Below, in pieces: positions 11,390 to 23,884 of a stretch of DNA of 34,848 bases. This DNA is from Chiloscyllium plagiosum (taxonomy: Eukaryota). Each line of letters opens with the position of its first letter. Position 1 is the first letter of the stretch. Location of the stretch: assembly GCF_004010195.1 (NCBI RefSeq), contig NW_025213641.1, positions 1-34,848 of the forward strand, read 5' to 3'. The position numbers were made by a program, and so were the translations under genes. Under the pieces are notes generated by a model. That model saw only the letters and a program-made list of their open reading frames with translations. It was not told the origin of the DNA and made no database searches.

Positions 11390-12035
11390 GGCTGGAGACA
11401 GGGCTTTAAACTAAATAGGGCGAGGGTGGGCAAGGTCAGATATTGGCGAAATTAGAAAGCCCGAGTTAAATAAGGAGGTAAGAGTGCAGAACTCAGGAGA
11501 AGTTATTAAAATCTCCAACACAGACATAAATATGACAGAGTGTATGGAGAGTGTTAGCAATCAAACTTCAAGCACACTGAAAAAACGAATGACAATATGA
11601 AGAGGGACGGTTAATACAGGTCTGAAGGCGTTATATCTGCAAGTATGCAGTGTAAGGAACAGAGTAAATGAGCTTGTGGTGCAGATCAGAATTGGCAGGT
11701 ATGACGTATCAGCCAGCAGGAGACATGGCTGCAAGGGTATCAGGATTGGGAGCTGAATATTCAAGGATATACATCTTATTGAAAAGATAGGCAGGTGGGC
11801 GGAGGAGGTGGGGTTGCCTTATTGGTAAGAAATAAAACTAAAACAATAGTAAGAAATTAAGTAGGGTCAGATGACGGGGTATCTGTGTGGGTAAAATTGA
11901 GGTATCGAAAAGGTGAAACAAAAACATAATTGGAATCTTATACAGGCCGCCAAACAGTAGTCAGGAGCTGTGGGGCAAGATACTCCAAAAGAGAGAAAAG
12001 ATGTGTAGGAAAGGCAAAGTTAGAGTAATCAGGGG
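11390..12035 (+). mobile_element. CR1 ORF1 end and endonuclease start
   Basis: GGGCTTTAAACTAAATAGG, then decayed LKALYL..SVRNRVNEL, TWLQG..DWELNIQGY, GGGGVALLVR and ILYRPPNSS. Confidence 0.85.
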
Positions 12036-12575
12036 AATGTTAAAACGAAAGGTTGTTGAGATTGAGGACGGGCTCAGCCAGTTGGAGGATGATGGTGGTG
12101 TTTGGGTACAGTTCAGGCCTTTGTTCCAGGAAGAAGCGAAGAACCCTGAGACCATCCAAGTGGGAGTGGGGAGGGGCGTGGGTGGATGTGTAATGGGATG
12201 ATACGTCCATGGGAACGAGGAGGCGGATGGAACCTGCAAAATGGAAATTCTGAAATTGGTGTAAAGTGTCAGATGAATCACGGATGTGCGTGGGCATGGA
12301 CTGGACCAGGAGTGTTTACTGAGTCAAAGTAGGAAGAGATGGGTTGTTTGTAGCAGGTGCAGACTGAAGCAATGTGTCTGCCTGGACCACCCTGTTTGTG
12401 GATGTCTGGAGGAGATGGAAGTGACCTGTACTATCAGAGGGCTATCAGCTTGGGGCCATTGGCTGATGTTTAGGAGGGCAGTGTGTGGGGAGGGGATCAC
12501 CAGGAGAAATTAGATCAGTTACCTCATTGGATACAGTGGCCTGATGTGCCATGGTGGGGGTCATGGTCCAAGAAA
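12036..12575 (-). mobile_element. Penelope-like RT fragment
   Basis: ORF 12040-12297 reads PTHIRDSSDTL..LLVPMDVSSHYTS..LAEPVLNLNNLSF, matching the PLE YIKDS, xDVxSLYT and LxxNxFxF motifs. Confidence 0.8.
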
Positions 12576-12889
12576 AGACTTGTTATTTTTTTCTATCACT
12601 TGATTCTTGTTCAGATTGTTCAGTTATTCAGAATTTCTGTATCTCCATCAAGTGCAGACGACATGTACTTTCTCGCCTAGTGTGGCGCCTCAACATTTCT
12701 TAAAATTTCAGCAGATTTTCTTTCAGCTCTGACGATTGCTGGGAATGTTACAAAGGACATACTTCAGTGTCACGGAAAATACATATGTTCCAGTGTGAGG
12801 TGCTATATCCTGGTCCATCCTAAATTATTCACAAGCTTTATAAATAAAACATGCAGAGGTGGCAGAGAGTACGTAAAAGGAGAGTTCAA

Positions 12890-13235
12890 CTCTGAGTATA
12901 AAATGCTATTTCTGGCTCCTTCATAAAAGACCTTAACTACATCACTCTGTAAATTCCCCAAAATAAGAACAGCAAGAGACCGTCCCACTATTTCCATCGC
13001 TGTGAGCATCATGTGGTGAGGAATACAATCTCCAAGGTTACACAGCATCCTGGATTGAATCAATATCATTGTCCCTTCGTTGTCAGCTGTTCAGAGTCCT
13101 GTGGCTCTCTTTGAATATATCAGTTCGTGTCCCTGCACCACGAGGATCACTGGGGTTCACCACCACATTCTGAATGGAAACGAGACACAGGCAATAAATG
13201 CTGGTCTTGCTAACGTAATTCACCTCACAAGAACA
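12890..13235 (+). mobile_element. Highly decayed LINE 3' end whose tail is shared with the 17001-17337 SINE
   Basis: Ends TCACCACCACATTCT..GGCAATAAATGCTGGTCTTGC; the reverse complement of 17025-17055 is similar. Confidence 0.55.
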
Positions 13236-13479
13236 ACTGACAGGAATCTGCTCTATTAAAGGCACCCATACTAACCGATCTGATTTCTAACGCAGTTTTA
13301 ATGAGGCTTTTACTTTGACATAAGCATCTGATCTTTCTGTAACTCTATGAAACTTCCACGAGTGCTTTCTCAGTGCTGATTTAAAATCACATTTGCAAGT
13401 TGTGCTCATCATTCTGAAAGGGAGAGCCTTTGTGCGCTTGAAAATGCTTTCGTTATTTGTCAGTATCTAAAGGCAATAA

Positions 13480-14290
13480 CAACTTAGAAACTAAGATCAG
13501 GAGTAAGTGATTGGGCAACTTGAACCAAGTCTGCCATGTGATAAGATCATGGATGATCTGATTGTGGCCAGAAACACACATTCCTGCTATGCCCTATAAC
13601 TTTAATTCATAATTCATAGCCGACAAACTGTCTGACTGTGTTTTAAGAATATTCAATGTCTTACCTTCCATCAATCTCTGGGAGGGAAGTTCCCACAGAC
13701 GCAGAACCCTTTGAGATGGTTAAAACAATCACCAACTCCTTCACTGGGATATTCTCCAGTTTCCAAGAGTCCAAGAGACCAAGAGTCCATCCATTTCTGG
13801 AAATATCTCGCACAAATTGAAATATTGTTTCAGCATTCAACTTGAATAGACTACTCAGAACATTATGGGTTTAAACGGGATCATGCGTCATTTGCCTAAA
13901 CTCCAACTGATTCAAGGCCAATCTGACAATGTTTCCTCCAGAGATAAATGCTCCTCACAGGAACCAGTTGAGTGAATCTTCTCTGGACTGCTTTTCATGT
14001 CACTGGGACCTCAACTCTCCTGAAGTAGTCTCACCGTACCCTACAAAACTGTAGGATATCTTCCCTACTCCTGAATGTATTCTCTTTCAAAAGGTTTGAA
14101 AATTTATATTGCCTCCCTATGATGTGCATGCAACGTTTGTTTTTTGCGATCCAGATGACTGATTTCTCTGTGCCTCAGATTTGGAATCTCTCCATTGGAT
14201 AATGCACTGTTTTTCCATTCAAACCACCAATCTATTAAAGCACAGACACATTTTTCCTGCTAAGCCCCATATACCAATATATCATTCACT
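13480..14290 (-). mobile_element. Highly decayed CR1 3' region
   Basis: Tail-like AACTTAGAAACTAAGATCAGGAGTAAG, and GTGAATCTTCTCTGGACTGC (the reverse of AVQRRFT). Confidence 0.6.
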
Positions 14291-14520
14291 TGACCCGCTT
14301 CGAACTCTCTATAATATTACGAAGTGGAGGTCAACATCAATCTGATAATTAAAAGCAATGCACCCAGCGAAGATCTCCTCGCCTTATAATATGGTAAGAG
14401 AGTGTGACAAGTGATGTAACCCACCTGCTTTTTGACACCCAGCTTGTTATAAAGGAGTGGTTCAATGAAATGGAATCCTTTCACGTATTCTGTGATTAAC
14501 AATTACTATTTGCCTGTCTT

Positions 14521-14851
14521 GGGGTGACACCGTGGCTCTGGGTCTAGCACTGCTGCCTCACAACGCTAAAGACCCAGGTTCGATTCCAACCTCTATGTGG
14601 AGTTATCACATTCTACTCGTGTCTGCGTGGGATTCAAACACGTGCTCCTGTTTCCTCTCACATTCCAAAGATGTGCGGATTCCTTGAATTGCCCATAGTG
14701 TTCACGAATGTTAAGTTAGGTGCATTAGTCAGGGGTAAATATAGTTAATAGAGTAGAGAATGCATCTGAGTGGTTTACTCTTTGGGAGGTCAGTGTGGTC
14801 CTTGATCGTCTGAAGGGCCTGTTTTCGTACTCTAGGTGTTCTATGATTCTA
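14521..14851 (+). mobile_element. tRNA-derived SINE, HE1/V-SINE type, near full length
   Basis: Head TAGCACTGCTGCCTCACA, B box GGTTCGATTCC at 14577, core GTGTCTGCGTGGG..TTTCCTC, and tail GAAGGGCCTGTT..TTCTATGATTCTA. Confidence 0.9.
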
Positions 14852-15554
14852 ACTTTAACAGTGAACAAATCACTCACAAACTGAACAATCTCTCCGTAAC
14901 TAATTACTTATTCTGGAATAAAACAAGATTTTCCTGATATGTGGTTTCACTAATGCAGATTCTACTCATAAATCCATTATTAGTAAGAACAAAATTAAAC
15001 TTAGTTTCTCAAAGTTCATCCAGAATGGACTCTCTTGAAATTTCTATATCTTATTCCCTCGTCTTTCTCTGTCTGAAATGCCTTCTCAGTTGTTTTCTGG
15101 TTTCAAGAATATTTGTGCAGCATGTTTTGCAACTTTATTGATGGATAGAGCTTTTTAGGCAGAGCATGGAGATTTTTTTGTGAGACCCCAATATTTCTTT
15201 CGCAGATGACACTTCCCTGTCATCATTTTTTCATATAGCAGTGGACTCTCCCCCTCTGTCCAATTGCCTCTCTACTGACACAAGAAATTCTCATGATAAG
15301 ATTGGCTTCATATTGTTTGCACTAAAATGGATGCTTAACCTCTCAGTGCCATTTCAAGTTAATTGGCGGCATTTGAACTGTTGCCTGTATAAAAATGCTG
15401 CTTGGGGCTGCTAACTGAACGGGTTTTATCCATTCCACAGACATTCTTTCTTCTGTTTAATCACCGAAAAGCACCTTATCGTTTCAAAGGTCATCATGGT
15501 ATTGCTCAAAATTTTGCAAGTTCGCCGTTTTTACGTCCCAATAGACTGATATGC

Positions 15555-15960
15555 ACACTGATACCTCCACCTCTATAATAATATTCCGATCAAAGAATCC
15601 TGATTACGATTTAAAAAAAATATTATTTCAAAACCAGGCAGCTGTCGATTCTTCTCCATATTCCTGTCTTCTTTCCTTATTCTTGCGGATTCTGCTTCCC
15701 AGGTCTTTGGCTGATAAGGTCCCTGTCAGAGAGCAGATCTTTCTGCTGCCAGGCTGGAATTGTTAGCGGCTCGCTGCTCTTTGCTGCTCTGGCCAACTGT
15801 TCAAAATGTTTAATATTTATACCCCAAAAGATTGGATTGTTTCATTGGTTTTAATATTGTCAAAGCACTAAATACAAACTTGATTAGCATTTGGCATCTT
15901 AGCACATTATTTAAACTGATTGGCTGAATTTGAATTTGAATTTGTCTCATAGCAACCCAG
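15555..15960 (-). mobile_element. Probable LTR fragment with CCAAT and TATA motifs
   Basis: The minus strand has CCAAT at 15848 and 15835, TATAAA at 15821-15816, then a purine-rich leader. It resembles shark Gypsy LTR interiors as I recall them; termini were not found. Confidence 0.4.
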
Positions 15961-16079
15961 ATACTGCTCGCTGTTTGACCAAATATTACATTTTTAATTT
16001 TTCCACTCCTCTGTGCGTTTGCTAAGCCTTTGGACAGCCTTTCAACTCTCTTGAAGGTATAGTACACTTAAAAATTCAT

Positions 16080-16740
16080 AACACTGTCCACCCTATCTAA
16101 CCCTCTGATTATCTTATACAGATCAATTCAGTCACCTCTCAACCTTCTTCTCTCGAACGAAAACAGCTGAAAATACCTTATATGACCTTCCTTCCAAATC
16201 AGGCAACATCCTCATAAATCTCTTTTGAACCCGTTCCAAACCCTCCACGTCTTTCTTGTAATGCAGAAAGCAGAAATATACACAGTGCTCCAAGTGCGGC
16301 CACACCGGAGTTTTGTGCACCTGCAGTATGATCGTGTGGCTCCAAAATTCTATCCCTCTTCCAATAAAAGCTAACATACTGTACGCCTTCTTAACAAGCC
16401 TATTAACCAGGTTGGCAACTTTCAGTGATCAACATACATTGACACCGAGATCTCTCTGCTCATCGACACTGCAAAGAGTCTTACCATTGGCCCAGTACTC
16501 TTTATTCCTTTTGGTCCTTCCAAAGTGAATCGCCTCACGCTCTTGCACATCAACTCAAGTTGCCACCTCACAGCCCAACTCTGTCACCTGCAACATCCCT
16601 ATATCCCTCTGTAACCTGGAATATCCTTCAGCACTATCCACACTTCACCAACCTTAGTATCATCATTAAATGTACTAACACATCATTCTGTGCCCTCATC
16701 TAGGTCATTTATAAAAATGACAAATAGCAGTAATCCCAAC
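16080..16740 (-). mobile_element. CR1 ORF2 3' fragment
   Basis: ORF 16132-16377 contains [47 protein letters not shown] lies near 16700-16730. Confidence 0.9.
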
Positions 16741-17000
16741 AATTTCCTCTGTAGGAACTACAGTTTGTGGTGTAGTAGGTGAAAACAGAAAGCATTGCTT
16801 TTGTGCCTCAGCCATTTTTGAGTTTTTCACCGTTACCTTGTCAGTTTCACCCTACAAAGAGCCATCACTTTGTTTCACTCTGTGCTTTATTTAATGTACT
16901 AGTGAAAGCTACTGGCATCAGTATTTATGATTCCGTTCATTTCCTTTCATAGCTTCTTTTAATGTTGTCTGTTAACCCTTTGCTGAAGTTTTTTGTTTGT

Positions 17001-17337
17001 TTTCATTAATTCCCAGAAAGAGGGCATTGCTGCGTAGGCCAGCATGTATTGACCATCCTTGATTTCCTAGAGGGAAGTTAGGAGTTATCTACATTGATGT
17101 GGGTCTGGAGTCACATATCGGCCAGACCAGGTAAGGTGGCAGTTTCCTTCCCCATAGGACATCAGGGAAACAGGTGAGCTTCTCCTGACAATCTATTCAT
17201 GTTCACCATCATCTTGGTAATCCCAAACTTGATTTCAGATTCCACCATCTGCCATGTCAGGATTCGAACCCAGCTCCCCAGAACATTATCTGGGTCTCTC
17301 TATGAACAGTTCAGCTGTACTGCACTATGCCACCGCC
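17001..17337 (-). mobile_element. tRNA-derived SINE with a probable MetaSINE-type core
   Basis: Minus strand: A-box-like GGTGGCATAGTG, B box GGTTCGAATCC (17270-17260), core GTCCTATGGGGAAGGAAACTGCC..TTACCTGGTCTGGCC..ATGTGACTCCAGACCCACA, and tail CAATACATGCTGGCCTA. The superfamily name is from memory. Confidence 0.75.
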
Positions 17338-17399
17338 TTACCCAATCCCCCAGAGCATGACTAACTTGTGCAGTATGATTTGCCCTAGCTTTTGCACTC

Positions 17400-18810
17400 A
17401 TGCTGTCATTGACTTCCTTATCTAGACATAGATACTTTTTCTCTGTCATGCAATTCCTCTTGTCTCACGAATGTACTTTAATTGAGAGGTATTCAGTATC
17501 CCCTTAAGTATTTGCCAAGTTTCTTCATCTGTCCTGGCTTTGACTGTTCACACCCTCGCCCCCCCCCCCCACCGCCCCCACCCCTCCACGAAAACCTTCC
17601 TTAGGCCACTGTAGGTATCATAGCCCAACATTGAGGCTCTTGTATGTGACCTTTTTCTCACTCTTTCAGTCTGAGTTTGTAACTACTGCATGTTGTGGTC
17701 ATTTTTTCCTAGAGAATCCATAACTGCAAGATCGTTTTTTATTCAATCCTTACATCAAATCTAAAGTACCCTGCTCTCTGGTTGGTTCCAAGACATGTGC
17801 TCTCACAAACAATCCTTCATATACTCTATGAATTGTACTCGGAGCCGACCCATTGCTAAGTTGATTAATTGAATCAATATGCACGTTTATCCCACCGTTG
17901 TTACCTTGTCACGAATCCTCATTATTTCCGACCTCAGAAGTACTTTGGGGAGACGGTGGCTGAAAATTACTCTTCCAAAGAGGTTTCTTCCCTTGCTTTT
18001 AATTTGTACCTGGACTGATCTTCATTTTGTTCCCTCGTGCCAATATCACTTCTTAATATAGCCTTGATCTCATCCTTAACCAATACATCAATTCCACCTC
18101 CTTTACTTTCATGTCTATCCTTTTGGAATACCGAGTACCCATGTACAGTTCACTGTCCAGCGCTGATCTTCCTGTAACCATGTTTCAATCATCCTTACAA
18201 GTTCATACCCATTTATCTCTGTATCTACTGCCAGCTCATCAATTTTATTCAAAATGGTGTGTGCTTTTAGGCCTAAGGTTTTTAATTAACTTCTTTTGAT
18301 TTGTTTTTCCCCTTTAATATTTTCTTGAGTACGAATTTCCTAATCTCACACACCTCACTCCCTCACGTCCCCCACACATTCCATCTTCATTTGTTAATTT
18401 CTGATAAACACCTCTATCATTTATTCCATGCTCCAACTCACATATTTTGAACTGTTTTGAATCCTTCTCGCAGCATGGTCATGAGACTGGCTGTGACTGA
18501 TGTCCTACTCACCTCTACCTTCTGCTCAGTTCCTGACCTGCTGCTTTGTTTCACAGCCTCCTGGTTTATTAGTTTAAATCCACCCAATTTGCACTAGAAA
18601 ACCTGCCCACCAGGATGTTGGTGCTCCTCCAGTTCAGATGCAATCTGTCCATATTTTGAAGCTCCCACCTATCTGGAAGACGGCCCAATGATACAGGAAT
18701 ATGAGACCCTCACCCCTAAGCTAGCTGTTTAACCATATGTTAATCTATACTGCCTTCCTAACCCTTACCACTTTTACACGAGGCACTGGGTGTAATTCAG
18801 ACGTTACAGA
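17400..18810 (-). mobile_element. Highly decayed CR1 (endonuclease back to ORF1)
   Basis: Reverse GGIDVLVK near 18075-18100; TAGTTTAAA (reverse ORF1 end) at 18570. Confidence 0.55.
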
Positions 18811-18899
18811 GAATTGATTTTTTTTCTCTCTCTCTCATACACACACACACACACACCCTGCATTACTTTGCAGAAAAATACCAATAAACCTTATAAATA

Positions 18900-19355
18900 A
18901 TCAGAATGATAAGTGGAATGAAGGAATTAGTTAAAGGTAGGATGCAAGAAATTAGAATAATGAAAATACTCTTCATTTATCAGAACAGACGAAGATGTGA
19001 ACTTATTGCAGTGATCAAAATAATGAAAAAAAAATCAGAGTAAAGTAAGAATACTCCCTTTCTCTTAGCTAGTATTACAGCATTCCGTTTCAAGATCGTC
19101 AGCACAAGACCTCGGAGTGAGATAAGGCAAAAGTTTTGTTTTTACTGTGAGAGTTGTTAGGATTTGGAATGCCCTGCCTGGGAGATTTGTGAATGAAGAG
19201 TCAGGAGGGAACTGGATATATATTTGAAAGTTCCGAATTTAAAGGGCAACAGTGAGAGAGGGGGCAAATGGGAGGATTTGGGGGACATTTCACAAGCTGA
19301 TGCATACACAGTGGCCCTATAGCCTCCTTGTGTACATTAAAGTTCCGTACTCTAA
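18900..19355 (+). mobile_element. Decayed CR1 3' end
   Basis: TTTACTGTGAGAGTTGTTAGGATTTGGAATGCCCTGCCT encodes FTVRVVRIWNALP. Confidence 0.7.
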
Positions 19356-19959
19356 CATGTACAAATGCAGGTCAAAGCCAGTATCAGATTATGTCCAGTT
19401 GTAAATGTTGGGAAATATCTGATCATTTTGCTGCAGCATAACCATTTAAAATGCAAGTATTGCAAGGTCAGCTTGATGATGAATTCTAATTAGGAATCAG
19501 TATATGAAAATTTTAAATCTTGAATCCCCAATTACTAAATCAAATCTTTCCTTTCATTTGCCACAAAACTCTTTGAAAATGTCTGACTGTTCACTCACAA
19601 GGCAGTATGTTCATCGTTCTTTTTCACATTTCACATTAAATACCATTCATTCTAAAAATTGCAAGGTTTCAAATTATTGTTCACTTCAATTTAATAACAC
19701 AATTCATTTATTTAAACTAATATTCTCTGTTCATGTTGAATTTTTGTCATTTTTCAATTGTTGGTAAAGAGCTGAAGCTCGCACACTTAATGAGAAATTA
19801 AACTGATTGATTATATAAAAATGTGTAAGTACGCTATTTATATATGATGGTTCAATCGTTTTCTCACTCTAAAAATGCAATCATTCAGAAGCCAACGACT
19901 TTCCAAATGTTGGAGCGAGGATGTATTCATTTGAATACTGACAATGAGTATGTAATTGT

Positions 19960-20412
19960 AGTGAGATTTGAGAAGATTTGCAGTTCAGGTTGAGGTTTTG
20001 GGTGGTGGTTTGTTTGTTGAGCTGGGAAGTTCATTTCCAGACGTTTCAACATCTTCATCTTCAGTGGGCCTCAGGCGAACCAATGCTGAAAATTGTTGCT
20101 TTCTATTTATATGCTTGGGTTTCTTTGGATTGGTGATGTACTTTCATGTGGTGATGTTATTTGCTGTGGTGAAGTCACATCCTGTTTCTTTTCTCAGTGG
20201 TAGAAGTTGAGGTCAAACTCGATGTGTTTGTTGATACTGTTCAGGTTGGAATGCCATGCTTCTAGGAATTCCTGTGCGAGCCTCTATTTAGTTTGTCCTA
20301 GGATGGATGTGTTGTCCCAGTCGAAGTGGTGTCCTTCCTCATCCGTATGTGAGAATACTAGTGAGAGAGGATGATGCCCTTTTGTGCTTAGTTGGTGTTC
20401 ATGTATCCAAAT
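19960..20412 (-). mobile_element. Penelope (Poseidon-type) 3' fragment with a 12-bp target-site duplication
   Basis: Minus translation IHEHQLSTKGHHPLSLVFSHTDEEGHHFDWDNTSILGQ..EFLEAWHS..SINKHI. GTATGTAATTGT flanks it at 19948-19959 and 20413-20424. Confidence 0.9.
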
Positions 20413-22604
20413 GTATGTAATTGTTGATCACTGCTTTAGTCAGATAACATGTTCTTTGTTCGATATTGCATAAAATATACGTTCTTTATTTTTCTATCAT
20501 AAAATGTTGGCAGGAAAGTATATTTTAGTTCCATAAATATCTGATCATATTACATCAACCTAATTGTTTTCAGAGATGAGGCAATTATTGTTTAGTTGAA
20601 TAATGATATTTAACATTTTTGTGAATCACAATTCACGAACATAACAAATATATGATTTTTTTCAGATCAGCTTGCAATTATAACCTACATTGAAAAAAGA
20701 TTTTCGAAGATTTGAATTCAGTCACAGCTGCCAGTGATACTGGGTAAGACATTGTTCTCCTCTTAAATGAATCCAGAGAGCTTACACCTGGGTCAGAGCA
20801 GTCATTCAAACATTATTTCACAACAAATTATTTTGACTCCATCTTCGGTCTGAGCCTTGCCCGGGGCAGATGATTGGACATGGAGTGTCAGAATCACATC
20901 GCACAAGTTACTTATAGTGATGGCATCTGGGCTGCCCCACAGACTCCAAACATCTGCTATCTGGACCAGACACTGGGCGAAGATGTTAACAAGTTGACAG
21001 TATTCTGCATCACTTTGTGTCTCGCAAAGAAACCTCTAAAACCGTGTTCAATAAATGTCACCTTCACATTCATCAGTATCAAAATAAAATTGTACATCTC
21101 TGTTGACGGACAAAACTTAATACATGGATCACCCAACAGAATCTATCTGAAGAAAACAGCCGTTAATAACTGAACTTGACGGATTCTGTCCAGTGTACGT
21201 CGTAACACAAATATTGTACTTGTACTCAGGTGATTGTAAGAATGCACACCTTTAGTGGACGACTTGGCCTAACGTCCTTACAAAGCTTCCTGATTTCACA
21301 TACATCACTCCCTCACACATTCAACAATTGATAAAAATCCCCAAGCTGAGTGAAACATGAAACACTGAACAGTGCAGCACAGTGCCGACTTTTTGACCCT
21401 TAACGTCCAGCCAATCTTTTATCCTACCCTAAGATCAGACTAACAGACATACCCTTCATTATTCTATCATTCATTTGCCTATCCAATAGTCGCTTAATTT
21501 ATCCCCAATGCAGCTGACTCTACTACAGTTGCCAGCAGTACATTCCAACCAACCACCATTCTCTTTGTAAGGAGCCGACCTCTGACATCTCCACTAAACC
21601 TTCCCCCAATTACATGAAAGTTTTTCTCCCTCGTGATAGATATTTCCACCATGAGAAAAAGTGCCTGGCTATCCACTCTATCTTTGCCTCTCATCATCTT
21701 GTCCACCTCTACCAAGTCCTCCCTCATCCTTCTTTGCTCCTCTGAGAAAAGCCCTGAACTCTTCTTTGTTAGCATCCTGATAAATCTCCTCAGCACCCTC
21801 ATTCAAGTTTCCACGTCCTTCCCACAATGAGGCGACCAGAACTGATCACAATATTCTATGTGTGATCTCACCAGGGTTCCATTGAGCTGCAGCATATCCT
21901 TACAGCTCTGAAACTCTATGCCTCTGCTAATGAAAACATTATTCACCTTCTTAACATCCTTATCAAACTGGGTGGCAACTCTGAGGGAGCTATTGCATGG
22001 ACCACGAGATCACCCTGTTCCTCCACAATGCAAGAATCCTGCCTATTTTTTCTGCATGCAAATTCGACCTTCCAAAATGAATTGCTTCACACATTTCCAG
22101 TTGAACTCCATCTGTCACTGATCAGTCCCATTGCAAACTACAACAACCCTCCACACAATCCACAACATCAACAATCTTTGTTATATCGACAGACTTACTA
22201 ACCTACTCTTCCACTTCCTCATCCAAGTCAGTTATAAAAATCACAAACAGCAGAGGTCCCAGAACTGATCCCAACGGAACACCACTGATCACTGGGCTCC
22301 AGACTGAATAGTTCCCATTTACCACCACTTTGTGTCTTCTAAGTGCCAGCCAATTCTGTATCCAGTCAGACAGGTTTCCTTGTATTCCATCACTCCTTGT
22401 TTTCCGAATGAACCTGACTTGGGGAATATTATCAAACGCCTTGTTAAAATCCATGCATTCCACATCCACTGCTCCACCTTCTTCAATGTGTTTGATCCCA
22501 ACCTCAAAGATTTGAATACGTTTTGTGAGGCATGACCTGCCCCTCACAAAGCCATGCTGACTATTTCTAATCAAACTATGATTTTCCAAGCCATCATAAA
22601 TTCT

Positions 22605-23460
22605 ACGTTTGTGAGAAGATTTGTAGCTCGGGTGCTCGTTATTGTGGTTCTGTTCGCCAAGCTGGGAATTTCTATTGCAGACGTTTCGTCACCTGTCTAG
22701 GTGACATCCTCAGTGCTTGGGAGCCTCCTGTGAAGCCCTTCTGTGATCTTTCCTCCGGCATTTGTCGTGGTTTGACTCTGTGGCTTCCGGTTGTCAGTTC
22801 CAGCTGTCCGTTGCAATGGCCGTAACGTAACGAGGACATACCACAACCCAAAGAACTGGCTCTACTACCATACATCAAGAGCATTTCCGAACTGACAGTC
22901 AGACTACTGCGACCACTAGGACTCATAACAGAACACAAACCAACAGCCACTCTCAGACAACAACTCACCAGAACGAAGGACCCGATATCCAGCATGAGCA
23001 AAACAAATGTAGTGTACAAAATCCCTTGCAAGGACTGCACAAAACACTACATAGGACAAACAGGAAGACAGCTAACGATCCGCATCCATGAACACCAACT
23101 GGCCACGACACACGACCAGCTATCCCTAGTAGCCACACACGCAGATGACAAGCAACATGAGATCGGCTGGGAATTATTGGACAAGCCAAACAGAGAACAG
23201 CCAGGGAATTCCTAGAGGCATGGCACTCATCCACAGATTCAATCAATAAGCACATCGACCTGGACCCAATATACCGACCACTGCAGCGGACAGCTGGAAC
23301 TGGCAACCGGAAGCGACAGATTCAAACCACTACAAATGCCGGAGGAAACATCACAGAAGCGCTTCACAGGAGGCTCCCAAGCACTAAGGATGTCACCTAG
23401 ACAGGGGACGAAAAGTTGCAACACAAATTCTCAGCTCGGCGAACACAAACACAACAATAT
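22605..23460 (+). mobile_element. Penelope (Poseidon-type) element, 5'-truncated, with an inverted pLTR at its 5' end and an 8-bp TSD
   Basis: LPYIKSISELTVRLLRP..NVVYKIPCKDCTKHYIGQTGR..RIHEHQ (GIY-YIG). Positions ~22638-22822 are an inverted copy of ~23275-23457. TAAATTCT occurs at 22597-22604 and 23461-23468. Confidence 0.93.
22676..22716 (-). ncRNA. Minimal type I hammerhead ribozyme in the Penelope pLTR
   Basis: Minus strand GCA-CTGAGGA-T-GTCACCT-AGAC-AGGTGAC-GAAAC-GTC-TGCA: CUGANGA and GAAA boxes, a perfect 7-bp stem II, palindromic ACGT stem III, a GUC cleavage triplet and GCA/TGC stem I. Confidence 0.85.
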
Positions 23461-23884
23461 TAAATTCTGTCTCTCTGAAACTCCTCCAATACTTTGCTCA
23501 ATACTGATGTAAGACTGACTGGTCTGTAATTCTCAGGATAATCCCTAGTACCTTCCTTGAACAAGGCATAACATTTACCGCCCTCCAATTATCTGGCACT
23601 ACGCCAGTCGACAGTGAGGATGTAAAGATAATCGACAAAGGCGCAGGAATCTCTTCCCTGTCTTCCTGTAGTAACCTCGGGTTTTGTCCGTCAGGCCCAA
23701 GGGATTTGTCTATTCTTTTGTTTGTACTTCAATCAATCTGTACTTCACCTCAAAATGTCTACTCCCTTTCCGAACAAATGATTGACTGCTTTCCATTTCA
23801 GGTCTATATACAGTGCTGCCTTCTGGAACACGTATGGTTCCCAATATCCTGTCAATCATGGAATGGAAAACATGGGAAGGCACC

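Larger units (their letters stand above)
21350..23730 (-). mobile_element. CR1 ORF2 (RT to tail), interrupted by a Penelope insertion
   Basis: ORF 22203-22589 has [46 protein letters not shown] 21494-21802 is the C-terminus. The host sequence resumes at 23461. Confidence 0.9.

Noticed and set aside
12727..13113. Possible Cys-containing exon (cytokine-receptor-like or Ig-like)
   Set aside because: There is no convincing motif spacing, and the distal half is better explained as a decayed LINE 3' end.
14521..14595. tRNA gene
   Set aside because: The A/B boxes belong to a SINE head; there is no cloverleaf and the sequence continues into the SINE core and tail.
15050..15300. Minus-strand KKSPCSA (APOBEC-like) and GKCHL (GPCR exon 2-like) peptides
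   Set aside because: There is no HxE motif, no second Cys and no hydrophobic TM context, and stops surround them; these look like chance matches.
21059..21096. Minus-strand mini-exon encoding DVQFYFDTDECE
   Set aside because: The donor is weak, the peptide is unrecognisable and there are no supporting neighbouring exons.
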